Shown: in pieces, positions 22,085 through 35,813 of the stretch
Layout of the letters: the number at the start of each line of letters is the position of its first letter
Numbering within the stretch: position 1 is the first letter of the stretch
IMG/VR virus record: IMGVR_UViG_3300045125_000077
DNA length: 64,000 bases
Source: a virus
Reading direction: 5' to 3' (one strand)
The notes under the pieces: model-generated
What the model was told of the DNA's origin: nothing
Databases searched by the model: none
Seen by the model: the letters and a program-made list of their open reading frames with translations, nothing else
Position numbers and translations under genes: made by a program

Positions 22085-25000
22085 AATGTATATATCAAAA
22101 CGAACAACAATGTTGACTGGCCAATCAACTAAATTTTTAACAGGACGGCCAAGTTTGCCTACTGCCACAAGTTCATTTCCGTCATATAGTCCAATAGTTG
22201 TTATAAAAGGTGCCAAATATGAACCCGTTGGGATCATACGATGAACTATATTGATATTCCAAGAAATATGGACTTACTTTAGCATTGTCCGTGCGGCAAT
22301 ATGGATTCAAATATTCCTTGATGTCTTTTACATATATGCGAGTAGAATTTTGTTAATTAACAAATTTAATCTTTCTGGAGTAAGGCGTTGCAAGTAATAA
22401 AGCGAAAGTATGTTTCCATCATTTAGATTTATTTTTCCATCACCATCTATATCAAGCAATCCTGTATTTACCAAGTTGTTTTCTATATAATCAAATGCCG
22501 TTTTTGTGAATGCATTAAACGATGAACTTGCTAAATATGCGGCGTCATTGCTTTCCAACAATAACACATCTTCGGATTCAGTCTGTAATATATCGTTATT
22601 CCACCAACTATAATCTTTCAGTGTATCTTGCTCTAATACTATTCCGTTATCATCAAACACAAAATCTTCAAAGAATTTTTCTTTTGCAAATAACGCATTA
22701 TCAAATCAACATCAAGAAAATCAAATACTCCGTCTTGATTGACATCAAATAGCAAAGAAGTTTGCACAAGCGAAGTTGGATTTGTGCTATAATTCGAACT
22801 TGCCTGGCCTAATGGAAATCAAATGTTCGTGTTCATATATCGTGTGCGAACCTTGATAATTTAAATTAAATCCACCAGAACCTGTTTTAGTAAATGATAT
22901 CGTAATAGTTTGACGATGTGTTTGTTAGTACAAAGTATCCATTCTTGTAAAATACATTACCAATCAATGGACTGGTTTCATAGTTACTTAGGTTGTATAT
23001 ATAAACCGAGCCGGAGCAATTTGAAGGAAAATTCAGTAAGTTGTTTGGGTCAGAAATTGATTCCGTAGCAGAGGCTGTTGCGAAATGCACTAACTGGGGC
23101 ACCTACTGTCAAAAAGTCCGAAGATACGCTGACAGAATATCCATAAATATTGCTTGGCTTGTATGACTCTTTGTTGCGCTTCACCATTCCTGTTAATTTC
23201 CAAGAATCCGAAACGTCATCATAGTTATAAACCGTCACTCTACCTAATACTCCAGACGGGTCTTCTGAAGAAGTTGCCGCATATGTGTAAGTTTTGAAGT
23301 ACATATTCTCCATCAATATAATCAACACTTGTTCCAGTTGTGTCGGACCAAGATGTTACTGCGGCAAAATTTCCGTCAACAGATACTGCTTTTCCAAAAT
23401 TATTATTTTTTGTATATTGTCTATCTCCAAACGTTTTTAAAATTTTCCAATAACTGGAAGTGCCACACTGAGGCATGTATCTATAAAAATATGCGGCACC
23501 AAGGATGGTAGAATTGCCAGCGTATGTTGAATATGGAATAAACGCTTTATCACTCAAACATCCAACAATGATTGTTGGATAACTTATGGCAACGGATGTT
23601 CCAAATCCATCCGTGGATATTTCCGTTGAAGTAACGTCGTTATTGTACAGCGCAAGAGACATATCCAAATCCCCGTATGTATCATCTTTGCGCAATATTT
23701 TGCATTCTCCCCAAGAAGCGGTAGGACATTCACCGGCAGATGCAGAATAGTAAGAACACGTAAATATTGCAGCATATCCATTACCACTCTTGTATGTTCC
23801 TACCACAAGACTGCCAGAGTCAATAGATACACACCATCCAAATTTATCACCCAGAAGATTGTATGCTCGATGTGATAACGGATTCGTATATCCAAGTATA
23901 ACTTCCAGATAATGTGCCGGACGGTATTGTTCTTTCGTTGTATACCACATAAGACCCAGACTCGGTGATTAATTCTTCGCAAAAGTCACTTTGGGGTGCT
24001 ATGGTTTGCCAGAAAGAACTTGTCTGAATATTATCACATCCGTTGCTAAAGTATTGTTTTCTTCTGAAAATATAGACCGCACCAGAGCCACTTACATTTG
24101 GCGCACCTATCGCTAAAGTATCGTCGTCTAATGCAACGGAGTGTCCAAAATAATCATTGTCTGTTCCTCCTTGTAGTATATTCACGAGTCCCCAATTATC
24201 TATACCACCTTTTTCTTGCTGATATACAAATACATAACCGGAAATGAACCAGACAAGCATATAGAGCCAGAGGAAGAACCCACTGCAAGAAAATTATCCC
24301 GCACTGACACGGATTGACCAAATGTATCCGTGAAGTACGAAGAACTTGCTTGAAATTCCGGAATGGAATATGGAAAAGTATCATCGACATCAAAGTCAGT
24401 AAAGAAACCGGTGTCTGTAAATGGGCAATTAAACTTTTTAACCAATCTATGAATTCCAGCATTGTCGTCGTATTTGAATATTGCCGCATATCCAAGTGAA
24501 GGTCTATACAGGCTATATTTGTCTATAGAAGACCCAACCGCTACATATTTGTACCAAGAACTAACCGACTCTCGAAATGCTCATTATCTGATTGAAAATT
24601 ATCTACCGCCGAGCTGCTATCAAAAAGAATAGAAGATGACCCAACATAAGACACATTCATTCCTATACTGGCATACTCTTTGGCAGAAACTACGTCTATT
24701 TTGTGAACAATACCGTTTCCAAGTTCAAATAAAATTCTCCGTTAGAAGTATCCCAGTACGGTCTAGGATATACATTTTTTACTCCACCTAAACTATTATA
24801 CGTTGAAAAGTGAGAACCGCTAATATACAAATTCGTATAACCATCATCTAATATTCTATATTCTCGTGTGGGTTTGAGTTGTCTGTAATTATTACCGAAT
24901 TCGGTCTTACCTTATCTCCAAATGCATTGGATGTTAATGCTAAAGATACAATTCTTTCATTAATATTTCTGACTTCTTTTTTCCGATTGCTTTGTCAGTT

Positions 25001-25315
25001 TTATAGCTTTCTACACCAAACAACTCCGTAAAGTTGTTTTGCTTCTATAAAACATAGCATCCGTCAGGCTGTATATATTTCTTGCATACTGCCAGACGGG
25101 TTGATTGGTTCTAATGACGCAGAATAGTATGGACTACCAGTTGGATAAAAAATTGATGATATTTTCTTGCCTTCGTTTATTTCACAAAAGTCCGTATAGT
25201 ATGTACCATATCCATATGAATCAACAGAAGACGAATCAATACTTTGAACTTTCAGTTCTTGAACGTATTGAACGGTCTTATTAGCAATATCTCCAGCGGA
25301 GAACTGCTTTATCAT
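22085..25315 (-). CDS. large tail/baseplate protein: FG-GAP-type beta-propeller repeats, dockerin-like Ca-binding pair, conserved C-terminal ITTIGLYD...LVAVGKL motif (heavily frameshifted)
   Basis: Repeats FGQSVSV..LAVG, FGHSVAL..LAIGAP, FGWCVSI..LVVG, FGTSVAI..IIVG, FGKAVSV, YGYSVSV..LTVGAP; DVNQDGVFDFLD and DIDGDGKINLND loops; the 3' end is approximate. Confidence 0.7.
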
Positions 25316-25357
25316 ATATTGATAAATATAATATCTGGGAGATATTCCTCCTTCAGA

Positions 25358-26451
25358 TTATACATCTATCTTTATTTTTATAAGGCACTCGTTAGTAAAG
25401 TCTTTTAGCAATGGCTGACTTAACTTAGCTACGGCAACAAGGTCATTTGTTTCATTATATAAACCGACAGTAGTGATATACACTTTAGGATCTGTATAAA
25501 AGTCACCAAATCTTAGTTTGCCGAAATCTGCACTAGTAGAATCAGATATAATAAATGTAGATTATTGCTATAGTTGTATTCTTGATTCTTGACACGAACA
25601 AAGTAATGGCGGGCAGGAACATATTCCGTTATTCTTGCTTTCATTGATAAAATTGCTGCACCTTTTTGATAGAAGTGAATAATACATTTTGCATTCTAAC
25701 AAATCCGCCACTCCATCCATTAACAGGATCGTATAATGAATACCCTATCGACATTTCAGGTTAAATCTCTTAGTGCCGTTGGATTTAATATTATCTACCA
25801 AGGTCCGGTACATGATCCAATTGCTTGATAATTTCTAGTCTGGGCCGCGCCATTTGCTATTGTTCCTTGTATTGAATTATACCTTTTGCCACCAGTCTGG
25901 GTGGTGGTAGTGGGATTGTCTTTGGAGTCATCAATTGTCGTGATTGTTCCAAGAGATCCGCTAAGTGTAATTTCAAATTGACTAGGATCTAGTCTGTCTT
26001 TGTACTTAGTACTTCCGAATGCAATAGCATAAATTGCATCGGAGTCAATGGATGTCTGATTTCCCAATGCATCCGATTGTATGAAAGAAAACTTAGAATC
26101 TCCCGGCGCCAGTAACAAGTTTTTTGTATTGGTTATATATTGCTTTTGTTGGATATATCAAACTTCCTTGAGAAGTATTTGTATCAAAAGTGGAAGAACC
26201 AGAACCAGCATAATGACCATACGTCAGTGAGAAATAAATATCTGCACTTGAAGAAGCTATTGGGAAGTCGTACACGTTTGTGTAATACAATCCATTCAAT
26301 GGTTCAAACAATGATGCCGACGCAACAGTTTGAGGCACTGCTAGTATAAAATTGAGACCATCGTTGTTTCACCGTCACTCCAGATACCAGTAGATACTGG
26401 TTGAGATCTTCCTGCTACGATATCGGTTGCGTCAAATTGCTTGAAAATCAT
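25358..26451 (-). CDS. conserved phage tail/baseplate structural protein (frameshifted)
   Basis: MIFKQFDATDIVAGR... to ...YITTVGLYNETNDLVAVAKLSQPLLKDF...IKIDV*. Confidence 0.7.
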
Positions 26452-26463
26452 ATGTTTAAATTA

Positions 26464-27095
26464 TTAATCTCTTACATTAACTGAAACCGGTATTGATATA
26501 GATTCTCCGCTTTCATTGCCTATAACAGTCAATGTTGTAGTTGTAGAAGTTGTCAGCGAAGAGTTTGAAACAAACCGGAATCTAATACCCAAAGCAACTT
26601 GTGCGTGTAGTCGAAGAAACATCTCACAATAAATGTTGGAATAGTAGCAGTCGTTGCTGACTGCAATTGCTCACTAATAACTGTACCTACATCTTTATTT
26701 GCCAAAATCGCAGTATATCCCAAAGTCGTATTGTATACTGGGTTTGTACTTGGGACAATGACAATTTCTCCCTATATAGTCTTTATCTACGTATATAGAA
26801 CTCTGACCAAGGCTGATGACCGGAATAGACGTTTGCCCAGAAGGCAACGTTACCAATTTGTATTTTAACACTTGGGTTTCGTCGGTGAATGCTTCAAATA
26901 CTGGCGTATTGCGAATAGCCAAGTCGTAATATGCAGAGCCTTGAGGGTGATCTGGCTGATATAGGCTATAATCAATTTCGTCGTCAGCTAAAGCATAGAA
27001 GTGATATTCAGGCCACCTTTGGCCGCAAGTAGTTCTCTACCCTTCTTTGTGAGAACCGCATCTACAGTGATAGTTTCGTTATTGATGTACGCCAT
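26464..27095 (-). CDS. conserved phage baseplate/tail-collar-like structural protein
   Basis: MAYINNETITVDAVLTKKGRELLA...ALADDEIDYSLY...AIRNTPVFEAFTDETQVLKYKL; this N-terminus is typical of tail-collar/baseplate proteins. Confidence 0.7.
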
Positions 27096-27147
27096 ATAGG
27101 TTTCTTTCTAAATAAATATATATGTTAAATCCTTTTTTTACTTATTT

Positions 27148-30100
27148 TTATACGGTTTTTGATATGACTGGTTCGCTGTTGTCTAATAAGCCAGTTTTAG
27201 GGTCTACCGTAGTTTTTTTATTTTGGCTATGCTTTTTCCATTTGAAGCTGGTTTGTGTCCTATTTATTGGATTTATTTGATAGCTGTTTATTTCCACATT
27301 TGAAAATTGTTGTTTGGTATATTTGTAATGGTTGTCTCTATAACCAGACAATAATGTAGCGTTTGATGGATAATACTGCATAGAATATATCTTTCTATAA
27401 GACAATCCTTGCGCCAGTGGTCCAAACAGGTCTTTTGATGTATTTTCTATAAATCTGGTAAAAATAGAAGCAGTCGGAGCTTCAGTAACAAAATACAAAT
27501 TATACACAGTTTTATCGCTTACACTGTTTCCTGTACTTTCTCCGTATATATTACCTTCAAAAGATTGCACGCCATTATCAATATCAAAAAGCCCAGAATA
27601 TATCACATTTTTTCCAGTGTATATATCATCTACCGGATATTATTAATCCCGACTAAAAACGTTGCCATTTATGAAAAATGAAGCTGATGGATTTTGCAAA
27701 GTATCCAGTCCGGAAATAGAACCTGACATTATGCCAGTGATATCGTGCGGACTAAACATGGTATAATCGTGCCATCCACGCAGACCCGCATCAAAATACA
27801 AACTTCCGCTAAAATATGTTGGATTTGGTAGTGCAGTATTAAATGATGCAGTCATCGGATATCTATCCAACGTTGGCAATTTTACGAGATTTACTTTATA
27901 GTAAGATTTTTCGATGGTTTCTGTTTTTCCTCTAAAATCATTTAGTATTTCGCTTTCTGTCAATTCGTCGTATGGTTTTACATACTTTTGATATGTTTGA
28001 TATTTTTTTGTATATTTTACCGTGTCTACTCGGTAAAATTCATTATCGAAAAATGTTATACCGTCTTCGGCGAACAACCTGAAACCATATACATCGTCAA
28101 CTATGGGAAAAAATACCTGATTTACATCGGAGTATATCGAATTTCCTCTGTATTTTACATCTAAACTTGCGGTCTTATTAGCGTCTTTAATTGCCACAAT
28201 TCTGTTTACTCCATCGGCGATTCCGGGCTTTTGACCTAGATTTGTTTCATCAGGGCTTTTGCTCAAGTTTTGGTCTTTCTAATATTGTTGGTTCAATCAA
28301 TATACCCGTCAACGAGCTTTGCTCTGGCAGGAATAAGACCCTTAATATATTTGAACATAGCTTTGTCAAAATAGAAACGAACTATGTTCTATGAAGAAAC
28401 TAAAATCTATATTTCCAAATCCTTGGTCATAATATATCTGCTTAAATTTTTCAAACTTGTTGTACGAACGTTTAAATACATCTGACGGATCCTCCAATTA
28501 AATCTGCCAATGGAAATTCTCCAAAGAACTTGATAATTTCAGTATTTTGTATTTCTGATGGAGAAAGAAAATTCCAAGTTTGTTGGAGTCTACATTCAAC
28601 AATTCGCTGGACTTGTAAGAGGCGCGAGTTTCTGAAAGAAAGATTTGTGACCAATTCTTGTTCTATATAATTGATTTTATTACTTCTGAACTTGTTTGAA
28701 CCATAGTCCGGTAAATTCATTACCATTCTTACATCTTTCCGAGAAAATTGATATGGAAATGCAGGAGCTACCGTTGGATCGCACACTGTAATTTGCTCCA
28801 ATTGCTCAAGAACTTGTGGAAAATTTATAGCGGAAAAAAGTAGGAAAATCATTTCTAAATGATAAGTTGTTCAATGATATGCCGTATGGAACGGGATCAT
28901 ATAAATCAACGGGTCTTTCAAAGATATTCTATACAAGTTTTCTGAAACCATTTGTTGTGGAGTTTCCAAATCATACGCATTTCTATTTAATGTATGAGCT
29001 GTAAATCTTTCCGTGGACAGTGGAGATTCCCAAATTCTTATATCATCAATATTTCCAAAGAATGCTTCTGAATCAATGCCTCAACGACGCGGTATTTTGA
29101 TTATAATTTCCAATATACAGATACGAACCGGATTCGAAAGAATCATTGTAGCTTCCACTTAAAAACGCACTTGCAGTTACACTAAATGTTATGCGGTCAT
29201 CTTCGGATTTTTGAAGCAATAAATCATATCTAGTTGGATAGTAATTAAATGATGCTGTTGCTCCGAATAATGTTTCAACATCATTTCTACGAATCATTGC
29301 TCTATACGAATTTCCATCAAATATAGGTGCACGAGAAGTAATTATCGACTTCACTGTTCCTGCTCCATCATCTATGCTGAAAAATAAAGTACCTCAATCT
29401 TTTCCTTTTTCTCGTGTCACACCCATTACCCAAACATCGGAGCAGTTTACTAATCTGAATACTTTACCATCGTCGTGAGTCTTTTTTGTATCAAATCTGA
29501 AAACTAAATTCCGATTGATTGCGCACTTCCTGTCCAATCCAATTTAAAATATTCCGCACTTCCGCTGAAGTATGGTTCATATTTTACTTCTTCTACAATA
29601 TACAAAGATTTATCGGTCAAATCACTTACGCTTTGTATGCCACCATATTCTTTGATTTTTATTATATTCTTAGGTACTCCAAAACACGATATTAAAGAGG
29701 TGAGCGATGCTTCCGTTCCTTTTGTTTTATAGATATACGGTAAAGTGTTGAGTATTCGTTTCCATATTATCTGATTTCGTTGTTCTTCTGAAAATTTTCT
29801 TGCTTTAGAATATAATGGAGATTCTGGGTCGAAATCCGATTTTGAAAATGCAGACAATATCAATGGAAGATTGTCTTTTGATATTTCAACATCCATCCAA
29901 GTGATTGTAACATGTTTCCGACAATGTCTGTAGATATTCCAACGTTCGGAGAACTTGATACATTATTCTTTTCAGTATATTGTTTGGCTGCTAATGAAAT
30001 GTTATCAAAGAAATGCCCAACCATTCCAACAAACTTGATATAATCCTCGTTGTTGTCCGAATCATCTACTATGAATTGTGGCAAGTTATTGATTAAAGAC

Positions 30101-31833
30101 CCACGATTTTCTCTATCATATAATGACGCTGAGGTAGAGCCGTCAAAATCCGCGTTGTGTTCGTCATACCACATCGGATTATCATAAAGAAATTTTCATA
30201 ACCATCCATCCCAGATTCTATCTGGTCTATTTCCGCGTTTGCCTCGGATTTTTGATTTAAATAAAAAGTGTCATTTGGATTGACCGTCAACTTAACGTCC
30301 AACTCTTGAATATTTTCATTTAATTTCTCTATTCTGTTTCTTTTGCTTTCAAATGCTTTTATTCTTAAGTGCGCCGAGGAAAAATTTATAAAATTTTCAA
30401 AGCTTCTATAGTCCGTGGTATCAATAAATTGTTGCGATTTTCTTTCCAACTTACTATTCAATTCATTATACAAACTTCCAGTTTCTCCGATAAGTTGTTC
30501 CATAGATAACCCGTCCGTGGAATTACCTTCATTCTCTATCTTAATAAGAAAATTTGGTCCGCGTAATGGTGTAGTATTGATTACCCGTTTGGAATAAAAA
30601 TATACATTTTGAATTATCGGTAAAAATGCAAAGTCGCACGTTATCCAAGCGTCTGAATTTATCTCTATATCGATGGGTAACGGTTCCAACAATTTTATGG
30701 CAAGTGTATCATAAAATCTTGGGTCCAACGAAGGGATTATTTTTCTGTTTATAATAGAAATAGGCTTTCGATCCAGGTGTGTTTAAATAATACTTGAAAT
30801 ATCCAGAAAGATTGATGTTGTGTATCAATTCCAGTCTAATTATTGCTGGAAAAAATATATTGTCGTAAAGTATGCTCTGTAAAAATTCAACAATTTGCGG
30901 ATATGAATCTGGCTTCTTGTTCGTAATTCTGTTCAGTTCTTGGTCTATAACATACAAAAATAAGCTATAGTAATAATCACGTACTCCGCTGAATGTATAT
31001 CCGACTTCATAGTTTTGATATACCCAATTCTTGAATTGGTCATATATTCCAAGTACGTTGTTGTTTGCATATTGCCCATTACTGCGAAGATTTCCTTTTT
31101 TGACACCATAATATATGTCATTTAAGAACGAAACTACATCAACGTCCTTTTTGAAACTATAACTGAATTTTAGTGCATTGGAGCCGGTGGGATTTTGTGC
31201 GGCAGCATTGCTATAGATTTGATATATTTCCGGTTTAGATATGTTGAATAGCAATTCATCCGAAATTTCATTCAATGCGAACTGCCCGTTTGAAAATACC
31301 TCAAACTGAGAATTTATTTGAGATTGTGTGCCTTTGAATGTCTTTGGTATTAATCCTATTTCTGTTCCATTTGTAGAGACTGAATCTATAGACAGCTTGT
31401 TTTCACTTCCGTTTTCGTTTCCGACCACGTTTCTTCCCAACTCTATATACAACTTATAATTTCCATTTTGTATGTTGAGATTGTTTAAATTTTTACTAAC
31501 ATCAAAAAACAACGATTGGGTTTCTGTACCGAGTATTACGAAATCTGTATTATATTTCTTGTATGAGTATGTGAGAAATTGATTGAATATATCATAATAC
31601 GAAGAAGTGTATAGCGAATATGACCCGCTCGAATATATCATCGACGATGTGATAAAACTATCATCTAAATTATATACTCCGAACTTTATATAATCTTGTT
31701 CAGATTGACCAAATGGAAAATTTTTAAAAGTATTACCTTCTGTGTAAAAGTTCAAATCTTCTTGGCTCAAAAATGAACCATAACCCAAAGAGGATGTAGA
31801 AGTTACTGTATACTGTATATCTGATAGACTCAT
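27148..31833 (-). CDS. large baseplate wedge protein (T4 gp7 / P2 gpI-like segment), ~1,560 aa, split into at least 8 ORFs
   Basis: VGMVGHFFD...LQSLGW and IWKRILNTLPYIYKTKGTEASLTSLISCFGVP motifs of gpI/gp7-like wedge proteins; overlapping ORFs in successive frames. Confidence 0.65.
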
Positions 31834-32051
31834 AACTGTGTAAATGTAGTATCAATTCTAGTCTCGACCTTTATTGGCTCGTATACCACGTTTTTCAACT
31901 CTATGCTGATAGAAGAACTATACAACTGATTTGTTGTGTTTTGTATTACCAGATTTGCGTATTCGTCTATAGTTGGCACAATAAAGCCAGTATTCAATAA
32001 ACTTTCTACATCAGCTTGATTATATCCAGTTAGATTTGGGTTTGCTTTCAT
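31830..32051 (-). CDS. small hypothetical structural-cluster protein (73 aa)
   Basis: ORF overlaps both neighbours by 4 nt (translational coupling). Confidence 0.6.
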   Translation of the reverse strand: MKANPNLTGYNQADVESLLNTGFIVPTIDEYANLVIQNTTNQLYSSSISIELKNVVYEPIKVETRIDTTFTQL

Positions 32052-33388
32052 CTAGAAATCTTGAATGTAGTTGGAATAGTATAAGTCAATATTGACCCAC
32101 TTTGTTCTGAACGTATTTCAACTTTGTAGTATCTTTCAGAAGCAAGTCCGCTTGTATCAAGCATGAAATAGTTTCCTGTTGGATCGCAACTTAGTCTTGT
32201 AAAATCATCATACGGAAGTATTGTTTCTTCGCTTTCCGCATCTTTGATTTGATAATAACTTGATGATGGCAAGTAGTATGGAGACAGATAATCTGAAAAT
32301 CTGTTTGTAAATGTTTTTACTGGATAGCGTTGTCTTGCTGCTACATCCATACGAACAATAGAACCAAACTTATATTCTCTTGCCATATTCTTCATATTTA
32401 CAACTGCGTCGCGAAGTTGTATAGGATCGGCACTGCCCGTATTTATGGTAGAATCATACCAACATACATCAAGATACGGAGAATATATTGTGTTGGTTTC
32501 CTTACTAAAGAACTTCAATGAACCATAGTCAATAGAACTTGATTCATCACTATGCATCAAGATAAATCCTTCGTTTGGTATGGCTTTCTTCAACCAAGCA
32601 TTTACTATTGGAGTAACATCCATTCTTACATCAGATGTTTGATAGTCAAAATACTGATAGCAAGCATATGAGCCAGTTGATATTATGCTCGATGATGCTG
32701 GCGGAACATAACTGCTTGTTGGACAATCTGGGAAAGGATTATATTGGCCGATATTTGGATATTCTGCATATCCTGAACCAGATGCTATGGATGCACTATT
32801 TATCCACCATACTCCACCACCACTGCAATCAGTCAATGAGCCAGTATTCCACCATTTTTGCAGTTGGTCTGCACTATAAAACTTCCAGTTTGCTCCGTCA
32901 GAAATGGATGCTCCATCGTACTTGTATCCTGTACCCATCGCCCAAGACTGCGATACTGGATATGCGGCCAAAGAATATTTGACAGGAACTTCTTGCGATT
33001 CGCATATCTTTAGATTCAAAAAGAACTTTGGACTGGTTATTTGTCCAGCCGCTATAGATTGAGATATTGTAGATAAGTCGAAATGTAAAAGTGCTCTGGA
33101 AAGCACCGCACCGGCAGTAGTTGGCCCAGATACACTTTGATATGAACTAGATACTATTCTTGGGTCAGTTGAACCAGAATCAAAAGATGCAGATTTTGGA
33201 CCATTCAATAACTCTATGCTTGAACTGGTATAATATTTTGTAATTGGAAATGTACTTGTGCTTGAACAACTATAGCCAGAAACTCGTTTCTCAACTTCTA
33301 ATAGTTCGTCCAACCCCATATTTTTGTACATATAGGTTGGATAGTTGGTTATAAACGTGTCTTTTGTTGGATATAAAAAGTAGTGCAT
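32048..33388 (-). CDS. DNRLRE-like domain structural protein (446 aa)
   Basis: Intact ORF; YPTKDTFI...LEV...SRALLHFDLS pattern of DNRLRE-type domains; lies in the baseplate cluster. Confidence 0.65.
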   Translation of the reverse strand: MHYFLYPTKDTFITNYPTYMYKNMGLDELLEVEKRVSGYSCSSTSTFPITKYYTSSSIELLNGPKSASFDSGSTDPRIVSSSYQSVSGPTTAGAVLSRALLHFDLSTISQSIAAGQITSPKFFLNLKICESQEVPVKYSLAAYPVSQSWAMGTGYKYDGASISDGANWKFYSADQLQKWWNTGSLTDCSGGGVWWINSASIASGSGYAEYPNIGQYNPFPDCPTSSYVPPASSSIISTGSYACYQYFDYQTSDVRMDVTPIVNAWLKKAIPNEGFILMHSDESSSIDYGSLKFFSKETNTIYSPYLDVCWYDSTINTGSADPIQLRDAVVNMKNMAREYKFGSIVRMDVAARQRYPVKTFTNRFSDYLSPYYLPSSSYYQIKDAESEETILPYDDFTRLSCDPTGNYFMLDTSGLASERYYKVEIRSEQSGSILTYTIPTTFKISR

Positions 33389-33443
33389 TTATATATTTCT
33401 TTACTTTATAAATATAACCACCCAACAGATATTCTATCTATAT

Positions 33444-35400
33444 TTATGCTACTCTGCCTACTATATCTTTAGTTGGAAAACGAACCTCAAACACAGATGG
33501 GTCTATAGACGGATATATTACCTTATCTACAGTAGCCTTGGATATATCATACTCATATTGTGAATAATCACCATCTTTTAGCGTCAAGTTCTTTACTTTC
33601 AGTTGAGTTACAGACTGAACGCCGTCTACTTTGGCTATTTCAAGTTCCAACCTACTTAGATTAATAGGCTGACAGAACTTAGTATTGTTTATGTCAAAAT
33701 ATTGCTGCACAAGAGTTAGGCAGTTGGCCAAAACTTCACGCTTATTATAGTTTTTATAAACAATAATGCTAAAATCTACGCCAACATTGATTACATAACC
33801 ATCCAAGATATTAACACTATCTGTAAGCATTCTGTATTGATTTAGGTAATTTTTCAAGTTAGTACGCAATGCTTCGTTGGTAGGTATCAATCGTTGATTG
33901 TTGTCATAACACAATACATACAAGTTGATGGCAAATTGATTATTATTTGAAGGGTCCACTGCATTGACTGTGCCTGGAGCCGAACTTCCAGTTTGAATTG
34001 ATGAAGGTTGTGCTTGTATATTTGCCAAATCCAATTGCGTGTCTGTAACTGCATACACCTTAGCTACAGAACCATATTTTGATGGCATAGCATATGTTCT
34101 CACTTCATAATCTTTCTGTGTCACCGCACGATTTTGAGCAGCAAAATATGCCAATGCATTGTTGCGAATTTCGTCGTTTGTTTCTGCGGATTTACCTCCG
34201 GTTGCGGGCACTGGGTTATTAACTCTCACAGAACGTCGCACTAAATTTGTTAAGAATTAAGTTCCAACAGTCCAAGTTCAGTCAAATCTCCAAAAAATTC
34301 AACAGAGCTTACATTCTTGATGGCATTTGCATTAACATTGCTTTCTATACCACCGCCAACAACATATCTTACTGTCAATGTTGTATTGGATGGTGCCTGC
34401 CCAAATGCTTTTGATGATAGAAAGTTTGATGGGTCGTATGAAATGTTTTCGGCTCTAAATGTCGTTGGCTTGTTTACGGTAAATGCATTTGGTATTATCA
34501 GTTCGTCGTCTTTAATGCTTGTACCAGAACCAAATTCCAAGAATGTAGTATTATCGGCACCTACGCCAGTAACAAAACGTTTTGATGTGCGAAGATATCT
34601 TAACAAAAATGGTGTAGTATCTCTGTATGCGGAAAGCGTTACATCATTTTTATAAATGTTCTCATAATCCACGGGAACCAAATCCTGTGCGAGATAATCC
34701 GTCTCGTGCCATCTATTTCCGTCCGAATCATACACGTCTAAAACTTCTATAACATTTGTATCATCCAAATACACTTTAAAAAACGGAATTGGGTCAGTTA
34801 CGGTTATGTTTTTTGTTAATATTCTTCCAGAAAATGCATCAACGTTTTTCTTCAATACAAAAAATTCTGGCTGTCCTGCGGCATTTCTTTGAAATACTGA
34901 AATTTCTAATGGGTCGTTTTTAGTGTCCACGGTAAAATCAACCGGAGAATTAGTAATAAATGTTATATTGCTATCACTCGTAGATGTCATTCCGGGCTTT
35001 ATTATCTGAGCATAGTTCAAGTCTGGAACTATTTCGCCAGCGTCGTCGGTTTTTGCAGGTACGAGTTGATAAACATCTAATCTCGTGACAGAAGGTATTG
35101 TAACTTTAGTCTTATATCCTACAGATTTTGCCGCATCAATGATGTTCTTTCTTTCTTCCGAATTTACGAGCATAGATTCTTTGAATTGGTAATCTATATA
35201 GTACGACATCACGTCTCCAACATATGCCACCATTTCCATGAACATCATGCCGGTAGACGCCTCGCTAAAATCTTTATATGTATTTGGATAATATGTTTTG
35301 GCAAATTCCATCAAAGATTGCTTTAACTGAGAAAATCTTTGTTTAGATACTTTATATCTTTCTTTTCTGGTTTGAATGATTTTGGTGTATCTAATATCAT
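33444..35400 (-). CDS. baseplate wedge subunit (T4 gp6 / baseplate J-like)
   Basis: KYLNKDFSQLKQSLMEFAKTYYPNTYKDFSEASTGMMFMEMVAYVGDVMSYYID; ATGG..AETNDEIR...AQNRAVTQKDY; one frameshift near 34245. Confidence 0.9.
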
Positions 35401-35806
35401 ATATTTTCGGTGTTCATTGAAACTTCCAATGTTTGAGGGTCTGTTATACCTATACTTGGTATCGTGAACAATACAGTTACTCCTACCTTATATTTATCTT
35501 TATATTCCGAATCATCGGCGTTTACTTGCACACTGTCCACGTTTACATAAGACATCCATCTAATAATGTCTTTTCTTATTGTATTTTCAATCAAGGGAGT
35601 AATATCATCAGAAAAATTTTCAAACAAAATATTCCATAACCCAGAACCGAACTCAGGGTTCATTCTTCGTTCTCCTTTTTTGTTCTCAACAATAAGTTCA
35701 AGTTTGATTTAACTTGCTCCACTATGCTATAACTCTGATTAAAATATCCTTGCGGACCATGCGTAATGGGTAAAGTTATACCATAAGGTTGTGTCGCTGT
35801 TGCCAT
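35397..35806 (-). CDS. baseplate wedge gp25/GPW-like protein
   Basis: QVKSNLNLLLRTKKGERRMNPEFGSGLWNILFE motif. Confidence 0.88.
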
Positions 35807-35813
35807 TTATTTT

